Counted from the first letter of the stretch, positions 9,899 through 19,566 are shown. The stretch is DNA of 36,117 nt from Oculatellaceae cyanobacterium bins.114 (GCA_033764315.1 JANRJA010000233.1:1-36117); one strand, 5' to 3'. Notes: a model not told the origin generated them from the sequence alone. Numbers and translations are program-made.

Positions 9899-11881
9899 AT
9901 GAAAATTTTGCTAGTTGAAGATGATGATGCCTTTATCAAAGTTCTCACCAGAACGTTGAAAGCACAGCACTATATTTTAGATAGTGTCAAAGACGGTGAG
10001 ATGGGGTGGACCTATGGTTCCACGTTTGAATATGACCTGATGATCATGGATATTGTCTTACCTAAGCTGGATGGCATTAGCCTATGCAAACGCTTTCGCA
10101 CAGAGGGCTACGCGACTCCTATTTTGCTGCTCACTTCGCAAGACACCAGCACTGCCAGAGTTCAGGGGTTAGATGCGGGTGCCGATGACTATGTGGCAAA
10201 ACCGTTTGATCAGGCAGAACTCGTGGCGCGAGTCCGGGCATTAGTCCGTCGAGGTTGCACAAATCCGTTTCCTATGCTGACTTGGGGAGATTTGGTGCTA
10301 AACCCTAGCACCTGTGAAGTCAGTTATAAAGGGCAACCCCTCGCTCTGACAACAAAGGAATATGAGTTGCTGGAGCTGATGATGCGAGACAGCCAGCACG
10401 TCTTTAGCACCGAAGAAATCTTAGACCACTTGTGGTCTTCAGAGGCATTTCCATCAGAGGCAACGGTGCGCTCTCATATTCGCCGAGTCCGCAATAAATT
10501 AGTCACAATTGGTGCACCTCAAGATTTTATCTCCACTATGCATGGACGGGGTTACTACTTAAAAGCCTTGAAGCCCGATATACCTGTCTCGTCATCTCCA
10601 TCTCAACCTGTGCGATCGCCCCAAAATTCGACTATTTGGACATCTGCTCTAGAGCCAGAACCGGATGATTTGACCGAGAGTATTCACCTATTGCCCGACG
10701 ACCATCGCTCAGCCGACACCCAACATCAATATCTAACGTTTCTCAACGAGGTCTGGACGACAACAAAGCCCACTAGCCTCGATCAAGTCACTCTGTTGTT
10801 TCAGAGCATTCGAGACTTGCAAGCCGACAACCTCACTCGTCCACACCAGACCCAGGCTCAGCAAGTGGCGCATAAACTGGCAGGAACGTTGAGCATTTTT
10901 GGATTGCACAAAGCCGTTCACCTGGCACGTCAATTAGAGCATTGGCTGGGCAGTCAAGATACCCTCCACTCCAGTCAGGCACCGTTAATGAATCATCTCG
11001 TGATCGAACTCCAACAGGTGATTCAAGAGGCGACTCAGATTCAGTTGTCCCAAATTCCCAATGGACATTCACCGTTGTTGCTGCTGGTCAGTGCAGACGA
11101 TGGGTTTAACCAATCCCTGGGGGCGATCGCTCAAAATCGTGGCATTCAAGTTGAAGTCGTATCCCCGCTTGACTTAGATCGGTCTTTGACGGCTTTAGAC
11201 CTGGCGATCGACGTTGTTGGACAATCGCCAGATGTGATCTTATTGCGCTTGCCTACAGGCTCCTCTGAGATGAGCGACAACAATCCATCGGATGCCCAAA
11301 CTCATCCTCTGTTGCAGCACTTGCAAACTTGCACCCAACGCTATCCAACACTGCCCATCATGATTATGGGTGATCGCTTATCATTGCGCGATCGCCTGGA
11401 AGTTGCGCGGCACGGCGGTAAACTCTTTTTAGATATCTCAACCCCACCAGAGCAAGTCATTGCGGCTGCTATTAATGCATTAAAGGGATCAAAATTGCCG
11501 ACAAAAGTGATGATCGTCGATGACGATCACACTTGGTTACGCACCTTGCCCACACTGTTGAAACCCTGGGGTTTTAAAGTCACAACACTAGCAGAGCCAC
11601 AACAATTCTGGACGGTTCTGCAAGCCGTTGTTCCTGATGTCTTAGTCTTAGATGTCAACATGCCTGAAATCAACGGTTTTGAACTGTGCCAGATTCTTCG
11701 CAGCGATCCGCACTGGCAACGACTACCTGTACTATTTCTCAGTGCACTAACAGACTCAACCAATCAGCAGCAAGCCTTTGCTGTCGGTGCTGATGACTAT
11801 CTGTGTAAGCCCCTCATGGGGAGTGAACTGGCAAACCGCATTTTGAGCCGCTTACAGCGAGTTCAAGCGTGGGCAAGTTGA
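9899..11881 (+). CDS. rcaC: Multi-domain response regulator RcaC (REC-OmpR wHTH-Hpt-pseudoREC-REC)
   Basis: N-terminal receiver with D51, OmpR-type DNA-binding domain (TVRSHIRRVRNKL...GRGYYL), Hpt AHKLAGTL, degenerate receiver (DVILLRL), C-terminal receiver (VLDVNMP). Directly follows rcaEF. Confidence 0.9.
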   Translation: MKILLVEDDDAFIKVLTRTLKAQHYILDSVKDGEMGWTYGSTFEYDLMIMDIVLPKLDGISLCKRFRTEGYATPILLLTSQDTSTARVQGLDAGADDYVAKPFDQAELVARVRALVRRGCTNPFPMLTWGDLVLNPSTCEVSYKGQPLALTTKEYELLELMMRDSQHVFSTEEILDHLWSSEAFPSEATVRSHIRRVRNKLVTIGAPQDFISTMHGRGYYLKALKPDIPVSSSPSQPVRSPQNSTIWTSALEPEPDDLTESIHLLPDDHRSADTQHQYLTFLNEVWTTTKPTSLDQVTLLFQSIRDLQADNLTRPHQTQAQQVAHKLAGTLSIFGLHKAVHLARQLEHWLGSQDTLHSSQAPLMNHLVIELQQVIQEATQIQLSQIPNGHSPLLLLVSADDGFNQSLGAIAQNRGIQVEVVSPLDLDRSLTALDLAIDVVGQSPDVILLRLPTGSSEMSDNNPSDAQTHPLLQHLQTCTQRYPTLPIMIMGDRLSLRDRLEVARHGGKLFLDISTPPEQVIAAAINALKGSKLPTKVMIVDDDHTWLRTLPTLLKPWGFKVTTLAEPQQFWTVLQAVVPDVLVLDVNMPEINGFELCQILRSDPHWQRLPVLFLSALTDSTNQQQAFAVGADDYLCKPLMGSELANRILSRLQRVQAWAS

Positions 11882-11884
11882 GAA

Positions 11885-11918
11885 TTTCGCAGTTTTTGTA
11901 CGAGTTCTGTGTCAGAGT
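11885..11918 (+). promoter_or_regulatory. Degenerate L-box with weak extended -10 upstream of pcyA
   Basis: TTTCGCA-GTTT-TTGTACG matches TTGCACA-N4-TTGCACA at 10/14. The -10-like CAGAGT (preceded by TGn) starts 10 bp later, the same spacing as at cpcB2. Confidence 0.5.
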
Positions 11919-11971
11919 AAAGATCATTTCTCATAATCACATCAACACCTCAGAACCGTTTATCAGAGTTT

Positions 11972-12706
11972 ATGCAAGGGTCGTTAAGAAATCACCAGCA
12001 TTCTCTAATTCACCGATTAGCAGATTGCATTGAAACCGTTTGGCAGCAATATCTCGATCTCTCTCCCTATTCAGTTCCAGAAGACTTGGGCTATATCGAG
12101 GGCAACCTCGAAGGCGAACGCTTAACAATTGAAAATCATTGTTATCAAACGCCCCAATTTCGTAAACTTCACCTGGAATTGGCTCAAGTTGGAACAGGTT
12201 TAGATATTCTCCACTGTGTCATGTTTCCCAAGCCTGAATATGCCCTGCCTATTTTTGGCACTGACCTTGTAGGAAGTCGCGCTAGAGGCATTAGTGCAGC
12301 GATCGCCGATCTGTCACCCGTCAGTAGTGACTACACCCTTCCTCATTCCTACCAACGCGGGTTATCAGTGTTATCTCCACTCCAGTTTTCTCAACCTCGT
12401 GCCTTGCCAGAGTGGGGCGATATCTTCTCAGAATTTTGCTTATTTGTGCGTCCGGCCAATACAGACGAAGAAGATCAATTTCTCAATCGAGTGCGAGAAT
12501 TCCTCGTACTTCATTGTCAGATTGCCAGCACTGAGACCCCTCTTGCATCCCCCCTCGACATCACTAAAGTATTGGTTGGGCAACAAAATTATTGCACCAA
12601 ACAACAGCAAAATGATAAGACCCGACGGGTGTTAGAAAAGTCATTTGGAGCCGAGTGGACCGATCGCTACATGAACACCATGTTATTTGATTTCGTAGCT
12701 GTTTAA
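11972..12706 (+). CDS. pcyA: Phycocyanobilin:ferredoxin oxidoreductase
   Basis: FRKLHLELA, LDILHCVMFP, PIFGTDLVG, LPEWGDIFS and QQQNDKTRRVLEK are PcyA signatures. Confidence 0.95.
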   Translation: MQGSLRNHQHSLIHRLADCIETVWQQYLDLSPYSVPEDLGYIEGNLEGERLTIENHCYQTPQFRKLHLELAQVGTGLDILHCVMFPKPEYALPIFGTDLVGSRARGISAAIADLSPVSSDYTLPHSYQRGLSVLSPLQFSQPRALPEWGDIFSEFCLFVRPANTDEEDQFLNRVREFLVLHCQIASTETPLASPLDITKVLVGQQNYCTKQQQNDKTRRVLEKSFGAEWTDRYMNTMLFDFVAV

Positions 12707-13235
12707 TTTCAAATTCCTGGTGTCTTGAAAATTTAGCCATTGCTGATATTGGCAAACAATAAAAACCAAAAGTTCCTGGCATAAATTCTGCCCAAAATAA
12801 CGGATTTTGGTTTAAACAATACTTGTGCTCGATGGGCTTGTTCTTGCTCGCAAGTAGGGGTTGAGGGCATAACCCCAGCAAATTTAAGACTCATACCCCA
12901 TTCAGGCTAAAAAGCTTAATCCAGACTAAAAAGCAAGTCATACTCATTCATCAATAACGGCTACAAATGAGGTAGCGGTGTTGCACAAAACGTCACCACG
13001 GAGATCTGGATGTGTAGTCACATGTCTAGAAATAGCATTACTCGGTATTACTCCCAATTATGAGAGATGATACAGAAAACAGGTCTCATTAAATATTTCT
13101 AAAGAAGAAAACTAAACAAAACTTTTTACCCCTCTACTGCTCCTCAATGACAAGCCTGTCAAGGGTATAAGACATCAAATTTGAGGCTTTCTTTAGGTAA
13201 AGTCAGTTCACCTCCTAGAGCCACTCCAGCTAATT

Positions 13236-13253
13236 CATGTAAACAAATGTAAC
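13236..13253 (-). promoter_or_regulatory. HLR1 (RpaB-binding)-like direct repeat
   Basis: Minus strand reads GTTACATT-TG-TTTACATG, versus consensus KTTACAWW-N2-KTTACAWW (one mismatch). Confidence 0.5.
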
Positions 13254-13364
13254 GATAATTGCAGATAATCCTAAGTTCGTAACGACTCCGAAACGACCAT
13301 CCCACCTGAGATAGAGCCACTCTTTAATATTTCGTAACTAACTCTTCAGATATACGCTGCGATT

Positions 13365-13398
13365 TTGCACAAAATTTGCACAAAGAGGTTGCTTTAAT
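13365..13398 (+). promoter_or_regulatory. L-box (RcaC-binding direct repeat) and extended -10 of the cpc2 promoter
   Basis: Perfect TTGCACA-AAAT-TTGCACA at 13365-13382, then TG-C-TTTAAT at 13390-13398. Confidence 0.88.
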
Positions 13399-13859
13399 CA
13401 AAGTCAAGTTCAAAAAGCACAGAAACCATTGATTCTTAATTGAATCAAGGTTCAAATTTTTTCAAAATTCATTGCATACCATTTCATTGGTAAGTGGTCT
13501 AACTAAACCGCTTTAAATGGTAGAAAAAACCTTTAAAACGCTATCAAATCTGTTTTGAAATTTGAAATATTTCTCAAATAGATTTGAGTTGACTACTCAT
13601 GAATTTTGAAAAGCTGTCTTGAACATTCACAGTTTTGAGTTGATGAAGTGTTGCTTGTGATTAAGCATGGCTTGAAAACCAGGCAATCTGGCTAGAAACA
13701 CTCTTCATTGAGTTGAGTTTATTTTGCTCACTTAAGAAATGATTGTTTCTTCCTTTCACACAACAGGCGATCGCTCGATGACGTGAGAATGTTTTGACAT
13801 AATATTCAAGCTTTAAGAACCGTGTGTACTCAATCTCATAATTACTAGGAGATGCTGGA

Positions 13860-14378
13860 ATGCTCGACGCTTTTACTAAAGTAGTCTCTCAAGCAGACAC
13901 CCGTGGTGCTTACGTTAGCGATGCAGAACTCGATGCATTGAAAAAACTCGTAACTGATGGCACCAAGCGCATGGATGTTGTTAACCGCATTACTGGCAAC
14001 GCATCCACAATCGTTGCTAATGCAGCTAGAGCATTGTTTGAAGAGCAACCCCAGTTGATTCAACCGGGCGGCAATGCTTACACCAACCGTCGCATGGCAG
14101 CTTGCCTTCGCGATATGGAAATCATCCTGCGTTACGTTACCTATGCAATCTTTGCTGGTGATGCTAGCGTCCTCAACGATCGCTGCCTGAATGGTCTGCG
14201 TGAAACTTACTTGGCACTAGGCGTTCCTGGTGGTTCCGTGGCAACTGGTGTGCAAAAGATGAAAGAAGCCGCAATCGCGATCGCAAATGACCCCAACGGT
14301 GTCACTCGTGGTGATTGCAGCTCTTTAATGTCTGAAGTGAGCGGCTATTTTGATCAAGCTGCAGCAGCTGTGGGCTAA
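13860..14378 (+). CDS. cpcB2: C-phycocyanin beta subunit, inducible (cpc2) type
   Basis: 172 aa with [17 protein letters not shown] and GDC bilin sites. N-terminus [23 protein letters not shown] resembles CpcB2. L-box upstream, AGGAG RBS. Confidence 0.93.
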   Translation: MLDAFTKVVSQADTRGAYVSDAELDALKKLVTDGTKRMDVVNRITGNASTIVANAARALFEEQPQLIQPGGNAYTNRRMAACLRDMEIILRYVTYAIFAGDASVLNDRCLNGLRETYLALGVPGGSVATGVQKMKEAAIAIANDPNGVTRGDCSSLMSEVSGYFDQAAAAVG

Positions 14379-14457
14379 GGTTTAGCTCATCCCTGATTTG
14401 CTTTTTGTCTTCATTGCTGATGTTTAGATTTGTACACGTGTTGGGAGAATAAGTCAC

Positions 14458-14946
14458 ATGAAAACCCCTTTAACAGAAGCCGTCGCAACCGCCGATTCAC
14501 AAGGACGGTTTCTTAGCTCTACTGAGATCCAAGTTGCTTTTGGTCGCTACCGTCAAGCTGCTGCTAGCCTAGATGCAGCAAAAGCATTGAGCAGTAAAGC
14601 TCAAAGCTTGGCTGAAGGTGCAGCTAATGCAGTGTATCAAAAGTTTCCTTACACCACTCAAATGCAAGGTGCTAACTTTGCAGCTGATCAACGTGGTAAG
14701 GCAAAGTGTGTCCGTGATATCGGCTACTACATTCGCATCGTCACCTACTGTCTGATTGCAGGTGGTACAGGTCCTCTGGATGATTATTTAATCAGCGGTT
14801 TGGCTGAAATCAACCGCACCTTTGACCTGTCTCCTAGCTGGTATGTTGAAGCCCTCAAATACATCAAAGCAAATCATGGTTTGAGCGGTGACCCAGCTGT
14901 TGAAGCTAACTCCTACATCGACTATGCAATCAACACCCTAAGCTAA
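14458..14946 (+). CDS. cpcA2: C-phycocyanin alpha subunit, cpc2 type
   Basis: 162 aa, MKTPLTEAV...KCVRDIGYY...YIDYAIN. Confidence 0.93.
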   Translation: MKTPLTEAVATADSQGRFLSSTEIQVAFGRYRQAAASLDAAKALSSKAQSLAEGAANAVYQKFPYTTQMQGANFAADQRGKAKCVRDIGYYIRIVTYCLIAGGTGPLDDYLISGLAEINRTFDLSPSWYVEALKYIKANHGLSGDPAVEANSYIDYAINTLS

Positions 14947-14956
14947 GGGTTTTTGC

Positions 14957-15024
14957 TGCCCAGAACAACAAAAGATTGTGGATGCTAGATTATCTGGCAT
15001 GAGCAGTTTTTGGGGTTCTGGGCA
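14957..15024 (+). terminator. Stem-loop after cpcA2 (attenuator/processing hairpin before the linker genes)
   Basis: TGCCCAGAAC...GTTCTGGGCA arms enclose an ATGCTAGAT/ATCTGGCAT hairpin, followed by a T-rich stretch. Confidence 0.65.
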
Positions 15025-15066
15025 TGATTTTTCTCATTAAAATCTCAATGAAATTAAGGAGAAGTC

Positions 15067-15882
15067 ATGACAAGTTCGGCAGCTAGACAGTTAGGAATTG
15101 AGCCATTTGTAGGAACCGTGCCTGTAGAACTGCGATCAAGCTGGACCGAAGGAGACGTGCAAGCTGTCATTCACGCCGCCTATCGCCAGGTGTTTGGCAA
15201 TGACTACTTGATGCAAAGTGAACGATTAAGCAGTGCAGAATCGCTATTGCGTCGGGGTGACATTACGGTTCGAGAATTTGTCCGAACTCTCGCTCAATCA
15301 GAGTTATATCGACAAAAGTTTTTTTACTCTACCCCTCAAGTCCGCTTCATTGAGTTGAATTATAAACATCTATTAGGGCGTGCTCCCTACGATGAATCAG
15401 AGATCGCATACCACGTTGATCTCTATACTCAACAAGGATATGAGGCAGAGATCAATTCATATATTGATTCTCTGGAATATGAAACCAATTTTGGAGCAGC
15501 GATTGTTCCCTATTACCGGGGATTTGCCACTCAACGGGGGCAAAAAACAGTTGGTTTTAGCCGGATGTTTCAAATCTATCGAGGCTACGCCAATAGCGAT
15601 CGCGCTCAAGGGAAAAACAAGTCTGCCTGGTTAACCCAAGATTTAGCACGCAACACCGTAACCCCAATTCAGACCCCGTCCTTGGGGCGGAGCCTGACGG
15701 GGACTATAGGAGGCGATCGCGGACAACTATATCGAGTGCGTGTCATGCAAGCCAATCAGGGACGAACTCCCACGATTCGACGCAGCATCAGCGACTATAT
15801 CGTCACTTACGATCAACTCTCACCTACCCTGCAACGTCTAAATCAACGCGGAAGTCGGGTCGTCAATATTTCTCCTGCTTGA
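15067..15882 (+). CDS. cpcH2: Phycocyanin rod linker polypeptide
   Basis: Linker domain (AYRQVFGN...[12 protein letters not shown]...VPYYRGF) plus C-terminal CpcD-like domain. First linker after cpcA2, N-terminus [10 protein letters not shown]. Confidence 0.85.
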   Translation: MTSSAARQLGIEPFVGTVPVELRSSWTEGDVQAVIHAAYRQVFGNDYLMQSERLSSAESLLRRGDITVREFVRTLAQSELYRQKFFYSTPQVRFIELNYKHLLGRAPYDESEIAYHVDLYTQQGYEAEINSYIDSLEYETNFGAAIVPYYRGFATQRGQKTVGFSRMFQIYRGYANSDRAQGKNKSAWLTQDLARNTVTPIQTPSLGRSLTGTIGGDRGQLYRVRVMQANQGRTPTIRRSISDYIVTYDQLSPTLQRLNQRGSRVVNISPA

Positions 15883-16020
15883 GATGAGAGGGGGTGAGAG
15901 GGTCACGGGTATGGGAGAGTGCAACACGATTCCATACTCTCAGTATCACAATCACCCCCTCCCCTATTTCCCAGACCTACCCTAACTTTTTCACAGTACT
16001 GAAGATAAGGAGAGTTATTC

Positions 16021-16893
16021 GTGCCAATTACAACCGCAGCCTCTCGTTTAGGAACCTCTGCTTTTAACGAAACAAGCCCAATCGAATTGCGTACAAATTG
16101 GACTCCAGAGGATGCCAAGACCGTGATTCAAGCTGTCTATCGGCAGGTGTTGGGCAATGACTATTTGATGGAGTCAGAGCGTCTAACAGGTTTAGAATCA
16201 CTGCTAGCGAATGGTCAACTGACCGTTCGAGATTTTGTTCGGGCAGTCGCTAAATCTGACCTTTACAAAACAAAGTTTTTGTATCCTCACTTCCAAACCA
16301 GAGTCATTGAATTAAACTTCAAACACCTGCTAGGACGTGCTCCCTACGATGAGTCTGAAGTGATTGACCACCTCGATCGCTATCAAAATCAAGGGTTTGA
16401 GGCAGATATCGATTCTTATATCGACTCTGAAGAATACGATGCTTACTTTGGGGATGCCATTGTACCGTATTACCGGGATTTGGTCACTAAAGGGGTAGGT
16501 CAGAGAACTGTAGGCTTTACCCGCATGTTCCGTCTCTATCGGGGCTATGCTAATAGCGATCGCGCTCAACTGGCAGGTACAAGCTCTCGTCTAGCATCTG
16601 ACCTGGCTAGAAATAGTGCTTCAGCGATCGTTGCTCCATCGGGCAGTGGTGAAGGTTGGGCATACCAGGCTTCTAAGCAGGGCACCGCTCCCACTCGCAC
16701 CTTTGGCAGATCCTCTGTAGGGTCTACGTCTCGTCTTTACCGGATTGAGGTCGCAGGCATTAATCTACCTCGATACCCTAAAGTTCGTCGCAGCAACAAA
16801 GAATTTATCGTTCCTTACGAACAACTATCCAACACACTTCAGCAAATCAATAAGCTGGGTGGTAAGGTAGCTAGCATTACCCTTGCACAATAG
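16021..16893 (+). CDS. cpcI2: Phycocyanin rod linker polypeptide
   Basis: GTG start with [20 protein letters not shown]-terminus, linker domain and CpcD-like tail (VPYEQLS...GGKVASIT). Confidence 0.85.
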   Translation: MPITTAASRLGTSAFNETSPIELRTNWTPEDAKTVIQAVYRQVLGNDYLMESERLTGLESLLANGQLTVRDFVRAVAKSDLYKTKFLYPHFQTRVIELNFKHLLGRAPYDESEVIDHLDRYQNQGFEADIDSYIDSEEYDAYFGDAIVPYYRDLVTKGVGQRTVGFTRMFRLYRGYANSDRAQLAGTSSRLASDLARNSASAIVAPSGSGEGWAYQASKQGTAPTRTFGRSSVGSTSRLYRIEVAGINLPRYPKVRRSNKEFIVPYEQLSNTLQQINKLGGKVASITLAQ

Positions 16894-17020
16894 TGTTTTG
16901 CTGGGAAAATTTTGATGGTTAAAGCTGTCAAACTTTAGCCCAAATCCATGTTAAGGATTTTAACTGAACGCCAAGTTCGGTTTAACTCACCAAACCTAAT
17001 CAATTAGGAGAAAAAGCACT

Positions 17021-17272
17021 ATGTTAGGGTCCGCCTTGATGCAAAACTCTGTCTCTGGCGCAGACAATCGAATCTTTCTCTACGAAGTTGAAGGATTACG
17101 GCAGAACGATCAAACCGAGAACCAGAGCTATCCAGTTCGGAACAGCAGCACAATTCTGATTCAGGTTCCCTATCGTCGCATGAATGACGAGATGCGACGC
17201 ATTACTCGTCTAGGGGGCAAAATTGTTAACATTCGCCCTTTGACGCCGCAAGAATCTTCCTCTGAAGCTTAA
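17021..17272 (+). CDS. cpcD2: Rod-capping linker
   Basis: 83 aa, RIFLYEVEGLRQ...VPYRRMNDEMRRITRLGGKIVNIRP. Confidence 0.92.
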   Translation: MLGSALMQNSVSGADNRIFLYEVEGLRQNDQTENQSYPVRNSSTILIQVPYRRMNDEMRRITRLGGKIVNIRPLTPQESSSEA

Positions 17273-17484
17273 ATTTTGCTCTAGAGGTAACAAGTTTAGA
17301 GTGAGGATGGGTCGCATGATGCGTGGCTCATCCTCATTTTTTTTGAGGACAACTGAAGCCAAAAACGACATTTTTGATGAGACGCAGACATAAAGTCTTC
17401 CCTCAGATTATAGTTTCCCGAATCAGGAGACCCTATATTGTAGATATGAGGTATATCAATTCGGCGCAATTGTCTATAAATAAC

Positions 17485-17525
17485 GTAACAACATTTACAG
17501 AATTTAATATTTAGACTGGCAGAAT
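17485..17525 (+). promoter_or_regulatory. NtcA-type site with candidate -10
   Basis: GTA-ACAACATT-TAC at 17485-17498, with CAGAAT (preceded by TGn) 21 bp downstream, close to class II NtcA promoter spacing. Confidence 0.55.
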
Positions 17526-17590
17526 TGAAAAGACTCAACCGTTACTCAACGGTCTTGGCTATACAATCGGTTACACAGTAGGAGAAACCT

Positions 17591-17797
17591 ATGGCTGATA
17601 TACCCACTGGCGGTCAAATGCTTTGGAAGCTAGAAGGCGATGATCGGGTCTTGCACTTACGCCACAATGACTTAGAGCCTTGGCGTCCCTACGAAGAGTT
17701 TCCTCAATATGTTTTGCCTGAACCTGAAGGGTTTTCAAAAGGAATCGCTACCTTTTTGGCACTACTTAAGAACGGTTGGACTGCCAGCAAATCTTAG
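17591..17797 (+). CDS. Small hypothetical protein (68 aa)
   Basis: Strong TAGGAG RBS, protein-like composition (WRPYEEFP...GFSKGIATFLALLKNGW), downstream hairpin. Confidence 0.8.
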   Translation: MADIPTGGQMLWKLEGDDRVLHLRHNDLEPWRPYEEFPQYVLPEPEGFSKGIATFLALLKNGWTASKS

Positions 17798-17831
17798 GGA
17801 TTAGGCTTTTCAGGGATTAGGCTTCTTTTAA

Positions 17832-17868
17832 ATTGAGGTAGGTGAGATGGTGCGTTACCTACCTCAAT
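17832..17868. terminator. Hairpin after the 68-aa gene, possibly bidirectional terminator
   Basis: ATTGAGGTAGGT / ACCTACCTCAAT perfect 12-bp arms. Confidence 0.6.
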
Positions 17869-17958
17869 CAAAAATCGTTTTACTCAACGTGAGTCGTTCT
17901 ACTCACCACCCTCTCAACAAATCAGCTTAATCTGCTCCTTTTAACCAAACGCTACGTT

Positions 17959-18123
17959 AACGTCAGTTCGGTTTAAGTAGCCCAGCGAATAAATTTGCGG
18001 CTACCAGAGCGAAGTCCGCCTTCGCGGACTGCCAAAATCAAAGGTTTACTGAACCGACGCAGGTCGGTTTTGCTTGTATAGCAGCGGTTTCAACCGCCAA
18101 AATCCTTATCCCGAACTCAGGTT
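17959..18123. mobile_element. MITE-like element, 165 bp, most complete copy
   Basis: Terminal inverted repeats AACGTCAGTTCGG / CCGAACTCAGGTT. Internal hairpins AGTCCGC-CTTC-GCGGACT, AACCGAC-GCAG-GTCGGTT and GCGGTT-TC-AACCGC. Second copy inverted at 6617. Confidence 0.8.
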
Positions 18124-18180
18124 ACATTAAATGCATTGATCGAATCAACATCTCTCCGACTTTGAAACCTGACAATACAA

Positions 18181-18229
18181 GGTTGTGTTACCCACTAGGT
18201 TGTGCCCCCACTAGTTGTGTTATCCACTA
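18181..18229. repeat. Three tandem 16-17 bp repeats (GTTGTG..CCACTA)
   Basis: GGTTGTGTTACCCACTA GGTTGTGCCCCCACTA GTTGTGTTATCCACTA. Confidence 0.7.
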
Positions 18230-18794
18230 CAAGCACGATCTTTGGAAGTATAGCCGTAGCCACATTCGATGAGGCGGAGGCGAGTCAGAAAGCTTGCCCA
18301 GCATCAGGGTTTGAGCCATTGCCTTTGTCGTAACTTTCTGACCAAAGCTATATTGGGTTGATGGCTCAAATAGCCTCACTAGCGATCGCCCTAGCACTCC
18401 GTTAAGAATTACAACTCTCTGTAGAGGATATATAGGGTTAGAGGGCATCTTTAGCATGAAGCTGAATGCGTCCTCAGCCTGACGAAACTCTGACCCTTTT
18501 GAGCAACACGTTTTGGCTCTAGCGGGTACAAAGGACGCAAGGGCGCATTGCTGTTAGATTGAGGTCTTCCCCCCGTACCTCTCAATCAACCTGAATAATG
18601 TCTGCGATATCTAGATAGCGACATTCAGCACACCCAACTTGCCTCTATACAACTAATTCATCCAACCGTAACGCCTTACGTCTAAGCACACGGTCAAGCT
18701 CTGAGTCAGAGTTCTTTTAGAACGTGGCTCTCATTGCGTCAGCCCGTTTGCTGGTGTTTTTTAGTGAGGTTTTGTAACTCAGAGGAATTTTCTT

Positions 18795-19532
18795 ATGAAC
18801 GACTTTACGCCAGTCACTGTCAACCGACGCTCATCTCTAGAGGAACGCCAATTTGCGTTGACACGGATCTATCGCCAAGTTCTGGAAAGGCAACCCTATG
18901 AATCAGAACGGCAAACCATTGCTTCTTTAGAGAAGGACTTTTTGACAGATAAAATTGGTGTACGCCGCTTCCTCAAACTCTTTGCCTGCACTGATATCTA
19001 CCTCAATCAGTTTTATTACAACCTCTCCAATGTCAAATTCATGGATGTGAGTTTCAAGCATTTCTTGGGGCGGGCAATCTTGGATCACCAAGAGATGCGA
19101 ACTTACACCGACATTTTTGCAAAGCAGGGAGTGGGTGGGCTGATTACAGCTATTTTAGACTCAGAAGAGTATCGCAAAGCCTTTGGCTGCTTTACGGTTC
19201 CCTATGCTCGCACCTATAACTTTTACCCATCGCCCGAAGCTTTTTTAGAAGCAAAATTCCTCAATGAAGAACATACCGGACAACGGGGAAAATCAGTACC
19301 AACTATGTATTGGCGGCAGCTTGGCTTGACCTGCGCTAATGGGGTCTGTCGCCATCCTGAAGTAGACGAAGTTTTTAACGTGCCATCTCCATCGGCTAAG
19401 CAAGTCCATAATTTATCAACTAATGCCTTGTTAGAACTGCTCAAAACAAGCGATGCCAACACGGCCAAGACGATCGTTGCTAATCTATCTCCTAGCCAGC
19501 GACAAGAACTGAGTGCGGCTCTACGGCATTAA
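18795..19532 (+). CDS. Stand-alone phycobilisome linker-domain protein (ApcE REP-like) with Cys-containing C-terminal extension
   Basis: IYRQVLERQPY...FKHFLGRA...DSEEYRKAFG..TVPY linker domain. No CpcD-like domain and no hydrophobic C-terminal helix. GAGG RBS. Confidence 0.82.
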   Translation: MNDFTPVTVNRRSSLEERQFALTRIYRQVLERQPYESERQTIASLEKDFLTDKIGVRRFLKLFACTDIYLNQFYYNLSNVKFMDVSFKHFLGRAILDHQEMRTYTDIFAKQGVGGLITAILDSEEYRKAFGCFTVPYARTYNFYPSPEAFLEAKFLNEEHTGQRGKSVPTMYWRQLGLTCANGVCRHPEVDEVFNVPSPSAKQVHNLSTNALLELLKTSDANTAKTIVANLSPSQRQELSAALRH

Positions 19533-19566
19533 AATTCCATTCCAACCCTTACAACTCACCAAAATG

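Noticed and set aside
13860..17272. Sulfur-sparing cpc3-type operon
   Set aside because: CpcB and the linkers retain several internal Met residues, and a perfect L-box points to the light-regulated cpc2 type.
18181..18229. Mini CRISPR array or DnaA-box cluster
   Set aside because: There are no spacers and no cas genes. Only one unit approaches TTATCCACA (8/9).
18479..18510. Hammerhead ribozyme core (CTGACGA)
   Set aside because: No stem II followed by a separate GAAA could be formed.
18795..19532. CpcL or CpcG rod-core linker
   Set aside because: No hydrophobic C-terminal helix, and the termini do not resemble CpcG.
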